This document shows, piece after piece, positions 39,406 through 45,811 of a stretch of 49,830 nucleotides of DNA. Positions within the stretch are counted from its first letter, which is position 1; every line of letters starts with the position of its first letter. The position numbers and the translations under genes are program-made. The notes under the pieces were generated by a model. That model was not told the DNA's origin. It saw only the letters and a program-made list of their open reading frames with translations, and did not search any database. This stretch comes from an uncultured Rhodospirillales bacterium (GTDB lineage Bacteria > Pseudomonadota > Alphaproteobacteria > UBA7985). The stretch covers positions 1 through 49,830 of the forward strand of contig CAXBRM010000001.1 of the NCBI GenBank assembly GCA_963978305.1. Direction: 5' to 3'.

Positions 39406-39535
39406 GACAACCCAACCCAACGTTCTCCCCCGGAAGAAGCAGTTGCCCGTCCTGTCGGGTGGCTGCTTTTTCTTTGTACGATTGATAGCGCGATCGTCCC
39501 TGTCCTGGCGAGACTGAGCGCTGATGGGAACAAAC
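39406..39535 (+). repeat. Copy A of a ~130-170 bp local repeat (GACAACCCAAC...hairpin...GATTGATAGCG...TCGTCC..)
   Basis: It aligns by eye with 40274-40440, including identical GAAGAAGCAGTTGCCCGTC, with indels of 5, 1 and ~30 nt. Confidence 0.6.
39438..39475 (+). terminator. Intrinsic terminator-like hairpin inside repeat copy A
   Basis: The 12-bp stem is AGCAGUUGCCCG (39438-39449) / CGGGUGGCUGCU (39456-39467). It contains three G-U pairs that only pair on the plus-strand RNA. The loop is 6 nt and TTTTTCTTT follows. Confidence 0.6.
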
Positions 39536-39649
39536 GCCATAAGTTAGCTTGCAAATCGAAGGATCAGGTTTCCCAAGTATTGGTCGTGAATTCTCAAGAG
39601 GGCACGCCAGTTGGTGCTCCGCGTATCGTGAACGTGCTCTGGGCGTTCT

Positions 39650-39680
39650 TGGCGAATTTTAAGGACGCCCTGGCGAATTT
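39650..39680 (+). promoter_or_regulatory. Candidate LytTR-type operator: a perfect direct repeat TGGCGAATTT x2 with an 11-bp spacer (21-bp phasing)
   Basis: TGGCGAATTT occurs at 39650-39659 and again at 39671-39680. The repeat ends 71 nt upstream of the DUF2141 ATG. A TAnnnT hexamer (TAAGGT, 39709-39714) lies downstream and no good -35 is visible. It is ~600 bp from the divergent LytTR gene. Confidence 0.45.
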
Positions 39681-39750
39681 CACATCACATTTTTACAAAA
39701 ACGCAATTTAAGGTTTAGTTGTTTGAACTTTAGCAAAAAAAGGAGTGAAA

Positions 39751-40227
39751 ATGAAAAATCTAGCAACAATTTCAACTTTGGTGCTGATGGCTTTTGTGGC
39801 GCCTTTGGGGGCGTTCGCCCAGTCGTCAATAACAGTGACGACGGAAGTTGACACGCAACTCGGCAATATAGCTTTTTACTTGTTTGATGATGCGGGTTGG
39901 ACCCTTGAAGACGACCAAGAGATTCCTTACCAAGTTCTTTACAGAAATCTTCAGGTGCATGCGAGGCTCACCGAAAGCTCTGCAAACCTGAAATCATATA
40001 GTGTAACCTTTGAAGATGTGCCAGCGGGACGCTACGGAGTTTTCGTCAACCACGACCTAAATGGTAATTATGATATAGACTTTAAGCCAGACTGGACGCC
40101 TATTGAACCGCTGGGTTTTTCGAACAATCCACTCCCAGAACAGGTCAACTGGGATTTTGACCAGATTTCATTTGATGTGGCTGATGGCGAAAATGTTGAA
40201 ATTCGTGTCGACTTAAACACGCTATAG
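39751..40227 (+). CDS. Secreted DUF2141-family protein (paralogue 1)
   Basis: The signal peptide is MKNLATISTLVLMAFVAPLGAFAQ. DUF2141-like blocks are VPAGRYGVFVNHDLNGNYDID and EPLGFSNNP. ATG 39751 lies 5 nt after AGGAG. The track start GTG 39745 overlaps the RBS. Confidence 0.8.
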   Translation: MKNLATISTLVLMAFVAPLGAFAQSSITVTTEVDTQLGNIAFYLFDDAGWTLEDDQEIPYQVLYRNLQVHARLTESSANLKSYSVTFEDVPAGRYGVFVNHDLNGNYDIDFKPDWTPIEPLGFSNNPLPEQVNWDFDQISFDVADGENVEIRVDLNTL

Positions 40228-40273
40228 ATCCCCATAATCTGGTTTTGTTTTTCGCTTGAGGTCCTTCCTCACA

Positions 40274-40440
40274 GACAACCCAACGTTTTTCCCTAGAAGA
40301 AGCAGTTGCCCGTCTCCCGTTGGGCAGCTGCTCTTTCGACACGTGAATGATAGAGTCCTTGAGATTAGATCATGGCCTGGGTCGGCCCTTCGTCCGTCTT
40401 TGCTGGCATCTCTGAGAGCCATTGAACTCCGTCAAACATC
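40274..40440 (+). repeat. Copy B of the local repeat, 47 nt downstream of the DUF2141 paralogue 1 stop
   Basis: See copy A. It contains the equivalent hairpin, 40301-40311 / 40322-40332. Confidence 0.6.
40301..40337 (+). terminator. Hairpin of repeat copy B (weak or leaky terminator)
   Basis: The 11-bp stem is AGCAGUUGCCC / GGGCAGCUGCU with one G-U pair. It is followed only by CTTTC, so termination is probably inefficient. Confidence 0.4.
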
Positions 40441-40514
40441 CGCCAAAGTTCCAGCTATAGATAAAATTTGAGCCGAAATGGCAGGAGAAACTTTTTAATT
40501 GCGATAGAGGAAAA

Positions 40515-40964
40515 ATGATGAAAATTCTCGCGACTTTAGTGACCATTGCGCTTATCGGCTTTCAGGCTGCCGCCGCGCAATCGATCACCGTGACCACGAA
40601 CGTGGACCGTCTGGACGGCATGGTTACTGTAAAACTTTATAACAGTGCGGATGGTTGGGCCAAAGATGAGCCCATCAAGGTAGCTGTGGAAATCTTACCA
40701 GCCCAAGCGGCTGCGGGGGTACGGTCAAGCAGCCGTCGTGTTGTGTTTATTGATCTGCCGCCAGGGCAATATGCCGTTGGTATCCACCATGATCTCAACT
40801 ACGATCTGCGACTGAACACCGATTTTTTTGGCAAGCCTGTTGAACCGTTTGGCATCTCCAACAGCCCCAACTTGCAGCGGGGTAAGAAGCCGACGTTTAA
40901 CGAAGCGTCATTCACCTTGGCGAATCAGAACTTGCAGCTCTTGGTGCCGTTCTATGGTCAATAG
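40515..40964 (+). CDS. Secreted DUF2141-family protein (paralogue 2)
   Basis: The signal peptide is MMKILATLVTIALIGFQAAAAQ. It shares AQSITVTT.VD, LPPGQYAVGIHHDLN and EPFGISNSP with paralogue 1, at roughly 30% identity by eye. The start may be the second ATG at 40518. Confidence 0.8.
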   Translation: MMKILATLVTIALIGFQAAAAQSITVTTNVDRLDGMVTVKLYNSADGWAKDEPIKVAVEILPAQAAAGVRSSSRRVVFIDLPPGQYAVGIHHDLNYDLRLNTDFFGKPVEPFGISNSPNLQRGKKPTFNEASFTLANQNLQLLVPFYGQ

Positions 40965-41091
40965 AGCAACAGGTTACTAACGCTATTATGCTTGGGTGAT
41001 TGCGAGGCACTTGTCTGTGTGCCGTTGGTCTACTATCCAAGGTGAACCAAGCCAACTTGAGCGTTCTGCGCTCGCTGACACCCTTGAGCCG

Positions 41092-41847
41092 ATGTGCACT
41101 TACGCCTTTTCCTTTGATCCTGGCCACGATTGGCCGTTTGTTATCGCGGGCAATCGCGATGAACGGCAAGACCGGGCCTGGGCGGCGCCGGCTGCCCACT
41201 GGCCCGACCGCGAAGGCGTGGTCGGCGGCCTGGATCAGCTTGGCGGTGGAACGTGGGCTGGCATCAACCAACATGGCGTTGTCGCCTGCCTATTAAATCG
41301 CTGGGACACCCTTGGCCCAGCCGCGGGCAAGCGCTCGCGCGGCGAAATTGTCCTCGATGCCTTGGATTTTGCCGATGCCTGCGATGCCGCCGAAGCCTTG
41401 GCGGACCTCTCGCCTGACGCCTATCTGGGCTTCAATTTAATTCTGGCGGATAACCGTGATTGTTTTTGGCTTCATCTGCGCGCGGGCAGCGCTGTCCAAG
41501 TCAAGGCTGTCCGCCGCGGGATCCATCTGATTACCCATGGCGACCTGAATGAAATGGCAACACGGCGGATCGCCCGCTATCTGCCACAATTTCAAGCCTT
41601 GGGGCCGCCGGAGATGCCTGACACAATCGATTCCTGGAGTCACTGGCGAATGCTATTGACGGATCGCTCGCTTGATCCATCAGATGATCCGAAAAGCGGC
41701 TTGCTGGTCGAGATGCCCGAAATGAATTTTGGCACCAGTAGCCAAAGTTTTTTTGCCTTGCGGTCTATTGAGACTGTGGCGCGTGCTGGTGAGGTTGGCG
41801 TCTATTTTTTCGCTTCGCCACATAAACCATTAACGCGTGTGCTTTAG
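41092..41847 (+). CDS. NRDE-family (TANGO2-like, DUF833) protein
   Basis: It starts MCTYAFSF... and contains the eponymous AGNRDE motif, followed by GGTWAGIN. I chose internal ATG 41092 so that Cys is residue 2, as is typical of the family. The track ORF start is 40996. Confidence 0.8.
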   Translation: MCTYAFSFDPGHDWPFVIAGNRDERQDRAWAAPAAHWPDREGVVGGLDQLGGGTWAGINQHGVVACLLNRWDTLGPAAGKRSRGEIVLDALDFADACDAAEALADLSPDAYLGFNLILADNRDCFWLHLRAGSAVQVKAVRRGIHLITHGDLNEMATRRIARYLPQFQALGPPEMPDTIDSWSHWRMLLTDRSLDPSDDPKSGLLVEMPEMNFGTSSQSFFALRSIETVARAGEVGVYFFASPHKPLTRVL

Positions 41848-42095
41848 TCATCCCAACGGTCAAATTCGTCGGGCTTAAACACCTTATGATCGTGATGGCG
41901 CGCGCTGTAGAACATCAAACCAAAAAATAATCCTGCGAGGATGACAACGATGATGATCGCCCCAACAAGCATCCAATATGGCCACAGCCCATAACCGGTC
42001 ATTGGCGGTAGGCTGTCGAGCATGGTCAGCAAAAAGCTACCGCCCAACACGACAGCAACCAGAACGATCAGGCTAAAGATGACAATCGGCTTCAT
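41844..42095 (-). CDS. Small hypothetical membrane protein (2 TM helices)
   Basis: 83 aa with two hydrophobic spans (IVIFSLIVLVAVVLGGSFLL and WMLVGAIIIVVILAGLFFGLMF) and a charged C-terminal tail. No homologue was recognised. Its stop overlaps the NRDE stop by 4 nt in convergent orientation. Confidence 0.5.
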   Translation of the reverse strand: MKPIVIFSLIVLVAVVLGGSFLLTMLDSLPPMTGYGLWPYWMLVGAIIIVVILAGLFFGLMFYSARHHDHKVFKPDEFDRWDD

Positions 42096-42195
42096 GCCGC
42101 AGGCATAGCTTTAGCTGTACTTATGCGGCAAGTAGATTGCAGACAAGGCACCAATGACCTAAGCCGATAACAATTCCATTGTTGATCAGGCCCTG

Positions 42196-43029
42196 ATGAA
42201 ACACCGTAAGCAACTGTTTAAAACACCCTCAAAAGTCATGTATGAAGGTCCAGAGCCTGACAGTGTCATTCAGCACTTTCGCGACCTGCAGGATGGTGAT
42301 CACGCTGGCGACGGTCGTGGGGTGTTAAACAACCGGATTAGCGAGTATTTTTATCAACAACTCGATGATGCTGGTATCCCGACCCATTTTGTCCGGCGGC
42401 TCAACATGCGGGAACAACAATTACGGCGCGTTGAGCCTCTGCCAGTCGCCGTGATGATCCGCAGTGTTGTGGATGGCAATCTGGCAGCGCGACTGGGATT
42501 GGCGCGGGGCACCCGCCTGCAACGGCCGATCGTTGAATTCATGTATAACGACTACCGCCTTGCGGATCCGATCGTCAGTGAAGAACATATCGCGACCTTT
42601 GGTTGGCTTGGTCCCCAGGATTTGGATGAAATGTTGGCGGTGGCAACGCGTGCTCACGATATGATAATCGGCATGCTCATGGCGTGTGGCTATCGTTTGA
42701 TTGACTTGCGCCTGGAATTTGGCCGCTATTGTGAACCGCAACCGCCTCAACCCAACAATCCGGATGAAATTCGCGAAGAGGTGCGCATTGTGCTCTGTAG
42801 TGATCTATCGCCTGACACGATGAGACTTCACGACCGTGAGGAATCCCAACCGTTGGCAGAAACGGGATATGAGGTCTGGCGAGAGATAGCTGTAGAAAGT
42901 AAAGGCGGCATCGCTGTGGACGGCGCAACACGCTATCGTTCAACAGCGCATCAGGAGATCGCCGCGAGGTTGGGTTTATTGCCGCAGGCGAGCCCAATTG
43001 ACATGCAAGGACCGTCAACCTTGCAGTAG
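42196..43029 (+). CDS. SAICAR synthetase (PurC)-like protein, divergent
   Basis: It clearly resembles PurC in MYEGPEPDSVIQHF, GVLNNRISEYF, GIPTHFVRRLNMREQ, SEEHIATFGW, IDLRLEFG, LSPDTMRL and IAARLG. The GKAK and DKDRFR blocks are not recognisable, and there are two insertions. Confidence 0.75.
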   Translation: MKHRKQLFKTPSKVMYEGPEPDSVIQHFRDLQDGDHAGDGRGVLNNRISEYFYQQLDDAGIPTHFVRRLNMREQQLRRVEPLPVAVMIRSVVDGNLAARLGLARGTRLQRPIVEFMYNDYRLADPIVSEEHIATFGWLGPQDLDEMLAVATRAHDMIIGMLMACGYRLIDLRLEFGRYCEPQPPQPNNPDEIREEVRIVLCSDLSPDTMRLHDREESQPLAETGYEVWREIAVESKGGIAVDGATRYRSTAHQEIAARLGLLPQASPIDMQGPSTLQ

Positions 43030-43084
43030 CCATCATTCCGAACTACATCTTGGTTGAAACAACCAATGATCCCTGGAGCCCTCT

Positions 43085-43327
43085 ATGGCCATGACGGCTG
43101 GTGAAATTGAAGCCCTAATTAAAGCTGCTTTACCGGATGCGCAGGTGCGGATCGAGGATTTGCGGGGTGACGGCGATCACTATGCTGCGCTGATCGTGTC
43201 TAAAGCGTTTGAAGGTTTAACCCGCGTCCAGCAGCATCGACTGGTCAATGAAGCGCTGGAAGGTCGTATGGGCACGCAGCTTCACGCCTTAAGCATCCAG
43301 ACGAAAACACCCGACGTTGAACCCTAA
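43085..43327 (+). CDS. BolA-family protein
   Basis: 80 aa with GDGDHYAALIVSKAFEGLTRVQQHRLVNEAL..., the BolA fold pattern. It lies upstream of a monothiol glutaredoxin. Confidence 0.9.
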   Translation: MAMTAGEIEALIKAALPDAQVRIEDLRGDGDHYAALIVSKAFEGLTRVQQHRLVNEALEGRMGTQLHALSIQTKTPDVEP

Positions 43328-43357
43328 GTATTTCATTAACTTGACTGGAAAATTATC

Positions 43358-43696
43358 ATGACGAACCCCGTTTTCTCTCGCATCGATTCCGATGTTCGCA
43401 ACAACGATGTCATGCTTTATATGAAGGGGACGCCTGTGTTCCCGCAGTGTGGATTTTCAGCGACTGTCGCATCGATCATGAATGCGATTGGTGTCGAGTA
43501 TCACAGTGTCGATGTTCTCCAAGATCCAGAAGTGCGTGAGGGTATCAAACAATACAGCGATTGGCCAACGATCCCACAACTTTACGTAAAAGGTGAGTTT
43601 GTCGGGGGCTGTGACATCGTCCGAGAAATGTTTGAATCAGGCGAATTGCTTGAGTTGCTGAATACGCGGGGAATCGCGGTTCAACCGCAAGCCTAG
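43358..43696 (+). CDS. grxD: Monothiol glutaredoxin (Grx4 family)
   Basis: Contains the active site [17 protein letters not shown], plus [19 protein letters not shown]. Confidence 0.95.
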   Translation: MTNPVFSRIDSDVRNNDVMLYMKGTPVFPQCGFSATVASIMNAIGVEYHSVDVLQDPEVREGIKQYSDWPTIPQLYVKGEFVGGCDIVREMFESGELLELLNTRGIAVQPQA

Positions 43697-43741
43697 GTGC
43701 TTTGGCCACTCAAACAGCTACTTTAGAAGGACAGTTTCGGC

Positions 43742-44497
43742 ATGCGCTTCCATTTTTTGTCCAGTAAGGCAGAAGCAGCTCAGGAAGCGATGCAGATGTT
43801 GGCTGAGCGCTATGGCCAGCACCCATTGAGCGAAAGCGACGTCGTTGTCAGCATCGGCGGTGACGGTCAGTTGCTGGATTGTCTGGGCGACGTCGGCGGC
43901 AAAAAGCCGGTTTTCGGCCTGAATAGGGGCACGATTGGCTTCTTGTTGAACGAGTACCGAACCCATGGCCTTGTTGAACGCGTCCGCTCAGCAAGAAAGG
44001 TTGTTATCCATCCGTTGGCCATGAAAGCGGAGTGTCTGGACGGCTCGGTTCATAATGCCCTCGCATTTAACGAAGTGGCTTTGTTTAGAGAAACCAGCCA
44101 AGCGGCGCATCTGGAGATTGATGTCGATCAAGTCCGCCGGATGGACCGTTTGATTTGTGATGGCGTTTTGCTGTCGACGCCTGCAGGATCGACGGCTTAT
44201 AATTTGTCGGCGCACGGACCAATCATTCCTTTGCGTTCCCGGCTAATGGGATTGACGCCGATTTCCGCGTTTCGTCCGCGGCGATGGCGGGGCGCCCTTT
44301 TGCCAGACGGCGCCCAAGTCCGCTTTCATGTTTTGGACCCCGAAAAACGCCGCGTTGCTGCGACCGCGGACTCATCAGAATTCAGGGACTGCTTTAGCGT
44401 GACGGTTGCGATGGATTTTTCCAGGTCCTACCATCTGTTGTTTGACGCCGATCAAGCGTTAGAGGAGCGGATTTTGCAAGAGCAATTCGCCGGGTGA
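43742..44497 (+). CDS. nadK: NAD kinase
   Basis: Contains the VVVSIGGDGQLL (GGDG) motif, NRGTIGFL, DGVLLSTPAGSTAYNLSAHGPI. Confidence 0.9.
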   Translation: MRFHFLSSKAEAAQEAMQMLAERYGQHPLSESDVVVSIGGDGQLLDCLGDVGGKKPVFGLNRGTIGFLLNEYRTHGLVERVRSARKVVIHPLAMKAECLDGSVHNALAFNEVALFRETSQAAHLEIDVDQVRRMDRLICDGVLLSTPAGSTAYNLSAHGPIIPLRSRLMGLTPISAFRPRRWRGALLPDGAQVRFHVLDPEKRRVAATADSSEFRDCFSVTVAMDFSRSYHLLFDADQALEERILQEQFAG

Positions 44498-44596
44498 TTG
44501 TCGACCCATTTCACGGTTTTATGTTGTGATTTCAGTATCCATATCGGATTGTTGTGTGTATGCACGTCCGGCAAAGCCTCGTGGAAGGGTAGGGAT

Positions 44597-44971
44597 ATGG
44601 TCGATCCAGATGTCAAGGAGTTGTTTGCTGCGGCTGAAGAAGGCGAAGAGCAGTGGTTGTTGCCAATTGAAACGAAGCTCGGCTTGTTTGACTTACCGTT
44701 GATCCGCCGGCAGGTTGTGCAAGAAATCAAGGATCAAACGGAAATTAAAGCCAGTCAGCGCAAGGCGATTCTTCGCGCGACACAAAAGGCTTTGGTCCGC
44801 AGCAACAAGCTTGGGCTCAACAAGTTGAGCGATCAGGATGTTGAACAGTATAAGTGGAACCTGTTCATCATTCGTGTTGATGAAGCGATTGACGGCCGCC
44901 ATGCCGATATCCGCGCCAACTGGGATTTGTCGGAAACGATCGCTGACGAAGGCCACTTTAGGCCTTCCTAA
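44597..44971 (+). CDS. Hypothetical protein (~124 aa, acidic N-terminus, no TM segment or signal peptide)
   Basis: The ORF runs on the same strand between nadK and the methyltransferase. ATG 44597 is preceded by AGGGA. The stop lies 3 nt before the next start. No family was recognised. Confidence 0.5.
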   Translation: MVDPDVKELFAAAEEGEEQWLLPIETKLGLFDLPLIRRQVVQEIKDQTEIKASQRKAILRATQKALVRSNKLGLNKLSDQDVEQYKWNLFIIRVDEAIDGRHADIRANWDLSETIADEGHFRPS

Positions 44972-44974
44972 GCA

Positions 44975-45736
44975 ATGAGCTCTGTAAATTCGATTGAAAC
45001 CACAGAGGATTTGTTTCTGACAGATAAATTGCTTATCCGTCAGCCGAAAAAAGGGTTCAGGGCTGGAACCGACAGCCTGCTGTTAAGTGCGGCCATCCCG
45101 GCACGCGCGGGAGATAGCACGATTGAATTGGGCGCTGGCGTCGGTGTGGTTTCGCTGGCTTTGGCAGCGCGAGTGCCGAATCTTGACTTAACCCTCGTAG
45201 AAATTGATGCTGCCGCTGTGTCCCTGGGTCGGCATAACATCCAAACCAATCAGGGCCGCGGTGGTGTTACGCCTAAGGCAGCACGGGTCGTTCATCGTGA
45301 TGCAATGCGCTCCGATCTTTTCAAAATTGGCACTTTGTTTGATCATTCGTTTTGTAATCCGCCTTTTTTTGATGTGGCGGCAAGCCGAGCCAGCGATCAT
45401 CCTCGTGCCAATAGTGCGCGCCGATCTTCGATACCAATCGCCAGCTGGGTAATGGCTATGGTGCGTTGGACCAAATCAAACGGCTCAATGACCATGATTT
45501 GTCGTGCCAGATCGACCATTGAGGTTTTGTCGGCGCTTCAGCGCCCGGCTGGCGCTATTGAACTGATCCCGATTTTGCCTCAAGCAGACCAACCGGCCAT
45601 CAATGTTATTATTCGCGCAAGAAAGGACCGGCGAGCCGCCTTTAAAGTGCTTCCCCCCTTGATTGTTCGGGATCAAAACCACAAAATTTCTCCGAAAATC
45701 GAGCGAATACAACGTTTCGGAAACGATCAGTTGTGA
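44975..45736 (+). CDS. SAM-dependent N6-adenine-type methyltransferase (TrmN6/YfiC-like, COG4123-like)
   Basis: The SAM motif is IELGAGVGVVSLALAAR and the catalytic tetrapeptide is CNPPFF. The N-terminal IRQPKKGFRAGTDSLLLSA is typical of this family. Confidence 0.8.
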   Translation: MSSVNSIETTEDLFLTDKLLIRQPKKGFRAGTDSLLLSAAIPARAGDSTIELGAGVGVVSLALAARVPNLDLTLVEIDAAAVSLGRHNIQTNQGRGGVTPKAARVVHRDAMRSDLFKIGTLFDHSFCNPPFFDVAASRASDHPRANSARRSSIPIASWVMAMVRWTKSNGSMTMICRARSTIEVLSALQRPAGAIELIPILPQADQPAINVIIRARKDRRAAFKVLPPLIVRDQNHKISPKIERIQRFGNDQL

Positions 45737-45811
45737 TATAGGACGCATAACTGTCGGTTCCGCAGCTTGAGAACGCGCATCATTGAAATTTTCAATCCCA
45801 TAAAGGCAAAA

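Noticed and set aside
39219-40471. ORFs covering the local repeat: 39219-39554(-), 40145-40342(-), 40222-40422(-) and 40256-40471(+). Their translations look similar to each other (e.g. PTGRATASSGGERWV versus PNGRRATASSREKRWV).
   Set aside because: The similarity is a by-product of the DNA repeat. The two copies differ by indels of 5 and 1 nt, which break any common reading frame. The conserved core is a hairpin, so a non-coding element is the better explanation.
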